A DNA stretch of 64,000 bases from Octopus sinensis (lineage: Eukaryota), in assembly GCF_006345805.1 (NCBI RefSeq), contig NC_042997.1:89714001-89778000 (forward strand). Direction: 5' to 3'. Numbering within the stretch: position 1 is the first letter of the stretch; each line of letters starts with the position of its first letter. The notes under the pieces were generated by a model. That model was not told the origin of the DNA. It ran no database searches and saw only the letters and a program-made list of their open reading frames with translations. Below are positions 1-11,790 of the stretch, piece by piece. Both the position numbers and the translations under genes were made by a program.

Positions 1-17
1 GTGTATATATATATATA

Positions 18-58
<41 letters not shown>

Positions 59-181
59 TATATATATATATGTATGTGTGTATATATATAATATATGTAT
101 GTGTGTGTGTATATATATATATATGTATGTGTGTATATATATATATATGTATGTGTGTATATATATATATGTATGTGTGTA

Positions 182-217
<36 letters not shown>

Positions 218-318
218 ATATATATATATATATATGTATGTGTGTATATATATATATATGTATGTGTGTGTATATATATATATGTATGGTGTGTGTATAA
301 TATATATATGTATGTGTG

Positions 319-349
<31 letters not shown>

Positions 350-1531
350 AATATATATATATTATGTATGTGTGTATATATAATATATGTATGTGTGTAT
401 ATATATATATATGTATGTGTGTATATATATATATGTATGTGCGTATATATATATAGTATGTGCGTATATATATATATATGTATGTGCGTATATATATATA
501 TATGTATGTGCGTATATATATATATATGTATGTGAGTATATATATATATATGTATGTGTGTATATATATATATATATATGTATGTGTGTATATATATATA
601 TATATATGTATGTGTGTATGTATATATATATATATGTATGTGTGTATATATATATATATGTATGTGTGTATATATATATATATATATGTATGTGTGTATA
701 TATATATATATGTATGTGTGTATATATATATGTATGTGTGTATATATATATGTATGTGTGTATGTGTGTATATATATATGTATGTGTGTATATATATATA
801 TATATGTATGTGTGTGTATATATATATGTGTATGTGTGTATATATATATATATGTGTATGTGTGTATATATATATATGTGTATGTGTGTATATATATATG
901 TGTATGTGTGTATATATATATATATGTGTATGTGTGTATATATATATATATATGTGTATGTGTGTATATATATATATATGTGTATGTGTGTATATATATA
1001 TATATGTGTATGTGTGTATATATATATATATATGTGTATGTGTATATATATATATATGTGTATGTGTGTATATATATATATGTGTGTATGTGTATATATA
1101 TATATATATGTGTATGTGTGTGTATATATATATATATATGTGTATGTGTGTGTATATATATATATATGTGTATGTGTGTATATATATATATATATATAAT
1201 ATATGTATGTGTGTATATATATATATATATGTATGTGTGTATATATATATATATATGTATGTGTGTATATATATATATATGTATGTGTGTATATATATAT
1301 ATATATGCATGTGTGTATATATATATATATGTATGTGTGTATATATATATATATATGTATGTGTGTATATATATATATATATGTATGTGTGTATATATAT
1401 ATATATATGTATGTGTGTATATATATATATATGTATGTGTGTATATATATATATATGTGTGTATATATATATATGTATGTGTGTATATATATATATATAT
1501 GTATGTGTGTATATATATGTATATATATATG

Positions 1532-1572
<41 letters not shown>

Positions 1573-1620
1573 ATATATATATATATGTATGTGTGTATAT
1601 ATATATATATATGTATGTGG

Positions 1621-1651
<31 letters not shown>

Positions 1652-2367
1652 ATTATATATATATATGTGTATGTTGTATATATATATATGTATGTGTGTA
1701 TTATATATATATATATGTATGTGTATATATATATATATATGTATGTGTGTATATATATATATATATGTATGTGTGTATATATATATATATGTATGTGTGT
1801 ATATATATATATATGTATGTGTGTATATATATATATATATATATTGTGTATGTGTGTATATATATATATATGTGTATGTGTGTATATATATATATATGTG
1901 TATGTGTGTATATATATATATATGTGTATGTGTATATATATATATGTGTATGTGTGTATATATATATATATGTGTATGTGTGTATATATATATATGTGTA
2001 TGTGTGTATATATATATATATGTGTATGTGTGTATATATATATATGTGTATGTGTGTATATATATATATATGTGTATGTGTGTATATATATATATATGTG
2101 TATGTGTGTATATATATATATATATATGTGTGTATGTGTGTATATATATATATATATGTATATGTGTATACATATATATATATGTATATGTGTATATATA
2201 TATATATATGTGTATGTGTATATATATATATATATGTATATGTGTATATATATATATATGTGTATGTGTGTATATATATATATATGTGTATATATATATA
2301 TGTATGTGTGTATATATATATATATGTATATGTGTATATATATGTATATATGTATATATATATATGT

Positions 2368-2399
<32 letters not shown>

Positions 2400-2672
2400 G
2401 TATATATATATATGTATATGTATATATATATATGTATATGTGTATATATATATATATGTATATGTGTATATTATATATATGTATATGTGTATATATATAT
2501 ATGTATATGTGTATATATATATATGTATATTATATATATATATAATATATATGTATGTATATATATATGTATATGTATATATATATATGTATATGTATAT
2601 ATGTATATGTATATATATATATGTTATATATATATATGTATATGTATATATATATGTATATTATATATATAT

Positions 2673-2704
<32 letters not shown>

Positions 2705-2844
2705 GTATCTATATGTATATGTATATATATGTATATTATATATGTATATGTATATATATGTATCTATATATATGTATATATATATATGTATGTATATATA
2801 TGTAATATATATATGTATGTATATGTGTATATATATATGTATGT

Positions 2845-2876
<32 letters not shown>

Positions 2877-2885
2877 GTATGTATG

Positions 2886-2921
<36 letters not shown>
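1..2921. repeat. ~2.9 kb compound (TA)n/(TG)n microsatellite array, unit roughly GTATGTGTGT(AT)n
   Basis: Directly visible alternating purine-pyrimidine array. The overlapping IY/VC/HT ORFs are artefacts of it. Confidence 0.98.
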
Positions 2922-2932
<11 letters not shown>

Positions 2933-3355
2933 TTTGAGACAAAACCACTATTTTGCAAAACAAACAAGGAAAGACTTAATCAATACATAAAAATTTTAAT
3001 ATAAAATAAATAAACCGCCACTACAACCGTTTCATGTCTTCAAATGACATTCGTCGGGTGGATTTCCGATTTTCTAATTAGCTTTAATTTGAACCACATG
3101 ACTAAATTAAAACTGATTAGAAGATCGGAAATCCACCTGACGAATGTCATTTGAAGACATGAAACGATTGTAGTGGCGGTTTATTTATTTTATATTAAAA
3201 TTTTTATGTATTGATTAAGTCTTTCCTTGTTTGTTTTGCAAAATAGTGGTTTTGTCTCGAATTAACATTATATAATATTTTACTATAAAATTGGATTTAT
3301 TCCTAAATCTGATTTTTTCTCCGTAAATTTGGATTTATTCCCTAATATTTATTAT
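2922..3355 (+). mobile_element. Palindromic element (169-bp inverted arms, 13-nt loop) carrying a hammerhead motif; Penelope-like pseudo-LTR relic
   Basis: Arms 2922-3090 and 3104-3272 are reverse complements with 7 transition mismatches counted by eye. The right arm continues ~80 bp to a second (TA)n tract. The Penelope assignment is inferred from the minimal hammerhead plus inverted-truncated architecture. Confidence 0.65.
3133..3176 (+). ncRNA. Minimal type I hammerhead ribozyme (canonical core)
   Basis: CCAC-CTGACGA-ATGTC-atttgaa-GACAT-GAAAC-gatt-GTA-GTGG. Stem I is CCAC/GTGG, stem II 5 bp, stem III AC/GT. Predicted cleavage after GUA at 3172. Confidence 0.75.
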
Positions 3356-4410
3356 TATATATATATATATATACATATATGGCAATTACAGTGAATACAG
3401 AAATTAGTACATCTGCATATTTTTTTATTTCTACAGTAGGTTGAACAGCATGTCTGGTTTAAATTTCTCTGACTCGTGTTTCTGCTGCATAGACAACTAG
3501 CAATTGCATTTGCATCCAGTTACTTTTGACCAGTTCTCTATTCAACTTTATTCCAGGTCTATTTAGTCATGTGGTTCAAACTGAACTAAATGTGCATAGG
3601 CTTAGCTATTTTTATTTTGTTAGGTTACTATAGTTTTTGAGTGCTAAGAATGTGAGCTGAAGATTGGGAACTTAATACAGCTATAAAATTGCTGTGATCT
3701 TGACCTTATCCTGACCCTAGGTTTGAAGTTTGAATTGAAATTACTAAACCTCTAATTAGGTCAAAGTATATATTTTTAAAAACTATAGCCTCGGGTGGAT
3801 TACGAATTAGTGATCTTCAAATATTATATAACTTACTGGTTACTGTATCAGATATAATGCTGTGTAACACAATCTTTGTCCTTGGGTAGCAACTGTTATT
3901 TCCTATTTGTTTACTTTTAGAAAGTATGAAAAATGGCTAATATTTCCTTCAAACTGTGCTTTTGTTACATTTATTCAAACCCCAAAGACTCCCTCACATG
4001 GCTATGATGCTTCCCCACTACTCCTGCTATGATCAGTGATGCACATATTATCAGCCACTAAGGGTTATGGTCAAGCAACTGACAAGCAAATCTGTGGTAT
4101 TGAGCTGAATATTTGTTATATCGATATTTCTGCTTCAGCAACTCAACTCTGAAATGTAATGGTCAGTTTCAGAACATTGATGTCCGAGTTGCAAAATATT
4201 ATAAAGTTATATTAGCTTACAGTATTATAGGTAGCAATAGTCGAATAAAATTGAATAGTTATGTAAAAGGTTAAATTGAAAGCATTATGTAGTTGAAGAA
4301 AGTAAAAGTATTTTATGTATATGTTTGTGCATGTGTGTGTTTATATGTTAATGTGTGTGGATATATGGATATATATATGTGCATATATATACTATTTATA
4401 TATCTATATA

Positions 4411-4440
<30 letters not shown>

Positions 4441-4444
<4 letters not shown>

Positions 4445-5267
4445 TGTATTCACATTATATATATATATGTATATATAATAATATGCATATATGGGTATAT
4501 ATATATATAATAATATGCATATATGGGTACAGGACCGCAAAAAAAAAATACGTTGAACACAATGAGAAAAGAAAACATAAAAACAAAAACATGGAAATGA
4601 ACTTTTTTTCAAACAACGAAAAAAACTGTACAAGACATACAACACAAGGAATATTCCCCTTCTTCAGTTGTCCCTGTTTCGTCTACTCCGCGTTTCAAAG
4701 GTAAGGACAAGACGCAACTTCGTTGAAACAGTCCTTCCCGCAAAGCAAATTAAATAAAATTTGGGATTTTTTGTGGAGGGGTAAAAGTGGTAACAGGAAC
4801 AGGACAGTAAGAACAAAACAAGACAGTAAAAGACAGAACAAAGAGAATAACACAGTAAAAACAATGATGAGGGCTGTTAAGCCAAGATGATGGAAAAATT
4901 ATCCTGAAAACTTATGGAGACAGCTTATAGAGACAGGATAATTGAAAAATCTTTAAAATCCTTGGTACGATTCTCTCTGGCCTTGTGAATTACCTATTAT
5001 TAACTTGTAAAGATGCTGTGTTATTTTGAGAAGGAATTTTCAATTGGCAAATTCAAAGAATTTATATGGCAGCAAAGGATTATAATATCCAACATGTATG
5101 TTTCATATAGTTATTTGCTATTATTATTATTAAAGATGACAAAAGCCAGCAGCAGAAATTTAAATGCAAAAATAAAATGAATGAATAAATCAGTTTTGAA
5201 GAAAAGACCCTGCCAAGACTGAAATGTCAGGTCCTCTAATTTCTCACCATTTAAGATTGTGCCCTTT

Positions 5268-5298
<31 letters not shown>

Positions 5299-6130
5299 TG
5301 TGTGTGCATGTATTCACATTATATATATATATGTATATATAATAATATGCATATATGGGTATATATATATAATAATATGCATATATGGGTACAGGACCGC
5401 AAAAAAAAAATACGTTGAACACAATGAGAAAAGAAAACATAAAAACAAAAACATGGAAATGAACTTTTTTTCAAACAACGAAAAAAACTGTACAAGACAT
5501 ACAACACAAGGAATATTCCCCTTCTTCAGTTGTCCCTGTTTCGTCTACTCCGCGTTTCAAAGGTAAGGACAAGACGCAACTTCGTTGAAACAGTCCTTCC
5601 CGCAAAGCAAATTAAATAAAATTTGGGATTTTTTGTGGAGGGGTAAAAGTGGTAACAGGAACAGGACAGTAAGAACAAAACAAGACAGTAAAAGACAGAA
5701 CAAAGAGAATAACACAGTAAAAACAAATGATGAGGGCTGTTAAGCCAAGATGATGGAAAAATTATCCTGAAAACTTATGGAGACAGCTTATAGAGACAGG
5801 ATAATTGAAAAATCTTTAAAATCCTTGGTACGATTCTCTCTGGCCTTGTGAATTACCTATTATTAACTTGTAAAGATGCTGTGTTATTTTGAGAAGGAAT
5901 TTTCAATTGGCAAATTCAAAGAATTTATATGGCAGCAAAGGATTATAATATCCAACATGTATGTTTCATATAGTTATTTGCTATTATTATTATTAAAGAT
6001 GACAAAAGCCAGCAGCAGAAATTTAAATGCAAAAATAAAATGAATGAATAAATCAGTTTTGAAGAAAAGACCCTGCCAAGACTGAAATGTCAGGTCCTCT
6101 AATTTCTCACCATTTAAGATTGTGCCCTTT
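4441..6130. repeat. Near-identical tandem duplication, period ~862-864 bp, bounded by (TG)n tracts
   Basis: Copies start at ~4441 and ~5305. The ORF track gives identical 66-aa translations at 4664-4864 and 5526-5726. The differences seen are only (AT)n and homopolymer lengths. Confidence 0.95.
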
Positions 6131-8200
6131 TGTGTGTGTGTGAGTGTGTGTGAGATAGAGAGAGACAGAGAGAGAGAGAGAGAGAAAATATTATTTTTTC
6201 ATAAAACCTTGTATTGTTAAAGGTTAAATTAAAAAATAAAAGTTTACACATGAAACTTTATTTCTGAAATATATTTAAGATTTCGATTGTGCATATGAAC
6301 ATGGTGCAAATGTCTGCATACCTGTCTGCAGATTTTTTTTTAGTGGGACAAGGAATGGACAAAAAAAAATTATGGTAACTTATATTTGTAAGAAAATGTG
6401 TGTGTGTGTGATTATATGTGAAATGAACATTTCCATTTTGCTTCTGTTCTGTTGTGAAAAAATAAGTAACAAGAAGAAAAAAAAAGTTAGCTTTACTTTC
6501 TTTATGTTATTAGAAGTAAGTTGAAGCTATCTTCAATGAAGTTAGCCAAAAGATAGCTGATATTTAGCTGGGTTTTATTTGTCTTTCTTTTGTCATAATA
6601 ACTCATAATAATGGGCACTTACTCTTGACTTTGTCTTTTGTTGCTGATTTGTTTCCCATTCAATAATAATAGCCTAGCAGTCAGTACTTTTGCAGGAACA
6701 TGTTGAACTTATAACCTTTCAAAACTTTATTGTGATGATTCTCTACTGTTCATGTTGTTGTTATGCTCTCTCTCTCACACACACATTTTTCCTCTTTGCA
6801 TCCATTCTGTGTGTGTGTTTTTTTTGTGCCTCTATTTGTTACTCTTTCAGTGTTTTTGTCTATTTTAAAAATGTGTTTTATTTAATAAGGTAGTCTGAGG
6901 AGGTGAAGCAGTGCCTCTGACCTTTTACAAAAAGCCCTCTGTGACTAGAGATTGATGTGGTTTACCATTCTGCTGGAACATGTGTAGCTACACAGGAAAA
7001 AAAATGATAAGGTAAAGGTGGGGTAGGGGGTTGGGAATGAATTCCAGCAGGTTGTAGTCCTAAAGAGGAAAGCATGGGGAGAAGGGAAAGAGTTTCACTT
7101 GTTATTTGGTGAGTGAAACACAACAGGGGGTGACAGGAAGAAGATGAGGACCAGGAGAGATGAGTGGTGAAGGTAAACAGCTAACTAGCTCAAGCAGATG
7201 AGCAGAAGCTATCGTAGTAGCATTATAAGAGGCATTTAGAGGAAATAGTGCACCAGAAAGCCTGTAAGTTTATTGCTGAGTGAACTCTTTGCCAAGTGAT
7301 AGGACAGCCTTTTGGTTTTAGTCGAAGATTTTGTGTGTTTGTAACAGAAGCATTGCCACCATCCTCTATTACTTCTTGTCTCTCTTTGCATCTTTCTCTT
7401 CACATCCCTCTGTCTCTCTCTTTCTCTCCCCCTTTATATTCTATCTATATATTTCTCTCTTTATATGTAACTCTCATTCATCATGTACTGTATTTGGTTG
7501 GAAGTACTGTTCCACATTGCAAAACCCTTTCACCCAACTATCTCGCTCACAATCTTGCTCTTCATAAAAACAGGAAATTGCTCTCTGGTAAATTGGAAGA
7601 AATTGTAGATCATTAGGTTAAATACATTGCAGTATTTAGTTTTGTCTCTGCCTTCTAAGTTCAAATCTATCAGGAAGGTGGAGGCAGTAAAATAAATACC
7701 AGTCATATATTAAGGGTTAAATCAATTGACTGAATACTTCCTGTTCTACACAATTTTTGTTAGCCTTGTGCTAATGTGAGAAATCATAATTATCATGATA
7801 ACCATCATTATTATTGGAATAGTGAATTAGAGCTTTACATAAAATGCCTTGTATTTTTTTTTAATCTTTGCTTTCTGATTTCAAATCCTGCTGAGTTCAT
7901 CTTGGCTTTTCATTTCTCTGTGGTTGATAGAACAAAATACCAATCAAGTACTGGGATCACTAGTATTGATTGATCCTCTACCTTCAAAATTCCTGACATT
8001 GTACCTGAATTGGCAACCATTATTATTCATCAGCAGGGCTTGTTCAAGATGTACACATAGTTAAGAAACTGTTCTGCATACACTTGTGGAAGTATGTCGA
8101 ACACCTGCTGTTGCATGTAGCATGGATCCACCTATCAGCAAAGTCTGTTGTAAAGAGTCTTTTGGGTGGGGAAGTCAGGCAGGCTTTATCTGTCTAGTCA

Positions 8201-8430
8201 CAGTGGTTCTCAACAAGAATCTATGAGTTTGTTGTTAAAATTTATATTCTATAAATTGGTTTATACTTCTACAATACACAAAATATTTTTTTTATACAAT
8301 TCCTTATAATATTTAATTATAAAAATATAATAGGATTTTTTAAGCCTCAAATGGCTATGGGGGTGGGGTAGCTTTTGAGTAAAATAGGAATCAAAGGGGT
8401 CCATAAGCAATAAACGGTTGAGAACCACTG
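8201..8430. mobile_element. hAT (Charlie-like) MITE
   Basis: Perfect 14-bp TIRs CAGTGGTTCTCAAC (8201-8214) and GTTGAGAACCACTG (8417-8430). GTCTAGT lies on both flanks, resembling a hAT target-site duplication. Confidence 0.8.
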
Positions 8431-10333
8431 GTCTAGTGGCTTTGCCAAAAATGGTTGTGTGGTGAATGAGACTAAAAGGGCCGAAGACTGATACTATCCT
8501 CTTTGGCCAAACTTTCAACTTTTTCAAGTTGTACTTGAAAAGAAAAATCTAGCAAATGTGTTGAAAGGTAAATGAGAATAATGAGTATGACCCTATTGAA
8601 TGAACCTGCTCTGAGCATACACCTGTATTGGGGGGCACTTAACTGTGATGTTCAGATGACTGAGGTTTTGTGGGTTTCCATAAGTAACCCTTGAAAGCCT
8701 CATTACTTTTCAAGAATTATTCATTGTTTGAATTTTTTCTTTCTATTATTTTCCTTTTTTTTCACACCTTTTATGTAACCCATTATGTCTTGTACTGTTC
8801 TCAATGTTTCTTTAAATCCTTGAGGGGTAATAAAGAAAGCATTATTATTCTTAGGGCAGCAGATTAAGGTGGTAGAGTCGTTAGCATGTTGGGCAAAATG
8901 CTTAGCAACATTTCATGTCTTTGCTTTCTCAGTTCAAATTCTCAGTTCAATGTGATGAACTTAGCCCCTCCTTCAAAATTGCTGGCCTCGTGCCAAAATC
9001 TGAAGTCAATATTAGGGCAGCAAATTGGCAGAATCATTAGAGCTTTGAACAAAACACTTTGTAATGTTTAGTTGTAGTGCTTTGTATTTGGAATTCAAAT
9101 CTTGCCAAGATCAATCTTGCTTTTAATCCTTTCAGGGTCACTTGAATAAAATACTAGTCACGTACTGCAAGATGTGGCAATGGTATCAACTAGTCACTCC
9201 CTCCTCTCTAAACAGTTAGCCTTTTACCTAAATTAGAAACAGATGTATCCAACCCATGTTGGCTAGAAGAGCAAATGTGAGAATGATGATCATGTCTATT
9301 ATGTTTTTAGTTCAAATCCCATCAAGGCTGGGGTCATGAAAATAAGTTGGCAAGAAAGTAGTGGAGTCAGTTAAATTGATTATATTCTTCCTTTCTGTTG
9401 CAAAGTTAGAGACAATTTTTATTGACTCACATTCTTCTATGTCTTGTGGTTTTGTTAAAAAAAAATCAATATTGTCATTATGAATTAAATCTGAGATGGA
9501 GAATAGAAAGACTCTCTGACATTACATATGTGGTTGCATGACAACCAATAGCTGCAGGTTTCTCCTGGAAGCATGTATCTATGTCTTGGGCAACCACAAA
9601 CAATAGATGCATACTTGCTTCTGGCTGGAGGATATATATATATCTACTTTGAATCAGCAGAGTGGCAGAGTTGATTGTGTTTTCACCAGCTCTTGCCTCA
9701 GTATTTATTATAGCCCCTGAGAATGCATCACAGTCAATCAATTCTTGCCTTAACTAAGAATGTAACAGAATGTAGAGAAATATCTAAACTTTATTTCTCA
9801 GCTTTAACTCTGCCCACTGACATTTGTCAAAGAATTAATATTTCTTAAAGCTGGTTCTCCAGTTTCTGCTTCATTTTAAATACTATAAATAAGATGAAGC
9901 CAAATAGAAAGATGAACACCTACAGCCATAGCTCATCAGAATATGAAAAATTAATCGGTTAACAGCATGAAAACCAAGCTGAAATTTACCAGGAACCAAG
10001 CAGAAGCAATGTTAGATGCACAAAAGTTTGGTGATACATTTATTTTACACATCACTTTTTGATTATCACATAGAACTAATGTTCAAAATAACACGTGTGT
10101 AATACCACATACGTAAACATGAAGCTCTCCTTTAAAGGTGAAGTTTATAGTAGTGATTGTAATGGCTATTATAATGGTAATAACAATGATAAATAATAAG
10201 CAGTGTCATCATTAGTTTCTCTTAGTGACCAAGCAAGCGCTGTCAGATGTCACATACATTTTCCATATTTTTTTTTTTAAATTCTCTTTTGCTACCCTCA
10301 AATTTTCCAAAAAAACCGAAATGGCTAGTTTAA

Positions 10334-11315
10334 CCCCTTAATAGATTATCCCAAGTTTACTTGTGCATTGCAAATGTATCTTTTTAGAACCAGACAAGTA
10401 TACTTGGTCAAAGTTAACTTTTAATTTTAGCACTCAAATGAGTTTATTTGTTTTGTATTGTTGCATTTTTGAGCAATCACAAATTTACTTGCATTGTTGT
10501 ATGCTTAGCAGCACATATTCTGGCGCCATTTCAAAGAATTTATGCTTCTGAGTTTTGAACTTTTACTTCAGTGCTTACTCAGATTCAGGAGGAGGTTGAT
10601 GTCATTTTAGAACCGTCTCGTTTTGATTCTCTTTTATTTATACAAATAAGAGAATTATTTACACATTTTTTTTTCTCAAAATGGATGAAGATTTAGATAT
10701 ATTCAGCGATCACGAAAGCAATTTTTCATTTCACGATCTGGAAAGCTCTGGGGATGAATTAGACATGTGTAGTTCAGACTCTGACAATTTTTCAGAAGAT
10801 GACGAAGATAATCAGATACATGCATATGCATGCCATGAAATCATTTGCTTGTCTGATTCTCCTCCTCCACTTCCACCAAGTGTTAAGAAAAAGAACCCTA
10901 CAAGACAGTGTGAAAAATGCGCAGAGAAGAGAGACATTAAAGGAAAGAAGATTCAAAGAGAAAGTAGATACGTGTGATGTCTGCAAGATAACTTTGTGTG
11001 TAACTCCTTGTTTTAAAAATTATCATTCTAAATAAACTATCTCATTTAAAAAAAATTTTCCTTTGATTTAAAAGCAATACATCTTGTAAAAAATTGAAGA
11101 TAGTTAAGTTATATGTATTTTTTCAATATCTGATTTAACTCGTTTAAATCCAAATGAGTAAAAGTACATTTTAATTTCTATAATAAAAAATAAAGGAAAC
11201 AAGATAAAAAAAACTTTTTTTTGTAATTAACACAGTGTATATAATTAAGAAAGAAAATTAAAAAAATATGCTCTGAAATGAAACACCATGTCAAAATAAT
11301 TGATCCATTAAGGGT
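10334..11315 (+). mobile_element. Internally deleted piggyBac transposon
   Basis: TTAA flanks at 10330-10333 and 11316-11319. Imperfect TIRs CCCCTTAATAGAT and (revcomp) ACCCTTAATGGAT. Internal transposase relic. Confidence 0.8.
10681..11035 (+). pseudogene. piggyBac transposase relic: acidic N-terminus fused to the C-terminal cysteine-rich domain, with the DDD core deleted
   Basis: MDEDLDIFSD...EDDED followed by NPTRQCEKC...ESRY, then a frameshift to CDVCKITLCVTPCFKNYHSK*. This matches the piggyBac CRD pattern R.C..C...ESRY.C..C...LC..PCF..YH. Confidence 0.8.
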
Positions 11316-11384
11316 TTAAACCCTGAGGAGAGAGCAGCAGTCACAAATGTTAACCTGACTGTCTGCCATCCATCCATCCTCCCT

Positions 11385-11790
11385 CCCTACATTGACCCCA
11401 GTGTTCAACTGGTATTTATTTTATCGACTCCCAAAAGGATGAAAGGTAAAGTTGACCTCGGTGGAATTTGGACTGAGAACATAAAGAGGGATGAAATGCT
11501 GCTAAGTATTTTGTGTGGTGTGCTAACGATTCTGCTAGCTTGCCGTCTTAATAATAAAATAATGATAATAATGATAATCCTTTATATTAAAGGCACAAGG
11601 CCTGAAGTTTTGGCGAGAGGGGACTAGTCGATTACATCAACCCCAGTATTTCACTGGTACTTAATTTATCAACCCTGAAAGAATGGAAGTTGACCTTGGC
11701 AGAATTTGAACTCAGATGTAAGGATGAACAAAATGCCACTAAGCATGTTGCCTGGCATGCTAATGATTCTGCCAGCTCGCTGCCTTAATA
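11385..11790 (-). mobile_element. Two head-to-tail copies of tRNA-headed SINE family A
   Basis: Reverse complement of the family seen at 59568-59784. The two copies are separated by an (AAT)n tract. Confidence 0.8.

Noticed and set aside
1-2990. Long ORFs of up to 781 aa rich in I/Y/V/C or H/T
   Set aside because: These are translations of TA/TG dinucleotide tracts, which lack stop codons. The same applies near 27.6-28.6, 34.2-34.6, 43-44 and 56.8-57.4 kb.
4700-4740. Possible hammerhead in the duplicated repeat (CAAC-TTC-GTT-GAAAC-A-GTC; nearby CTGAAGA on the minus strand and ATGATGAGGGC at ~4864)
   Set aside because: No CUGANGA is correctly placed upstream of GAAAC and no consistent stem I forms. 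It could be a decayed motif but is not supportable.
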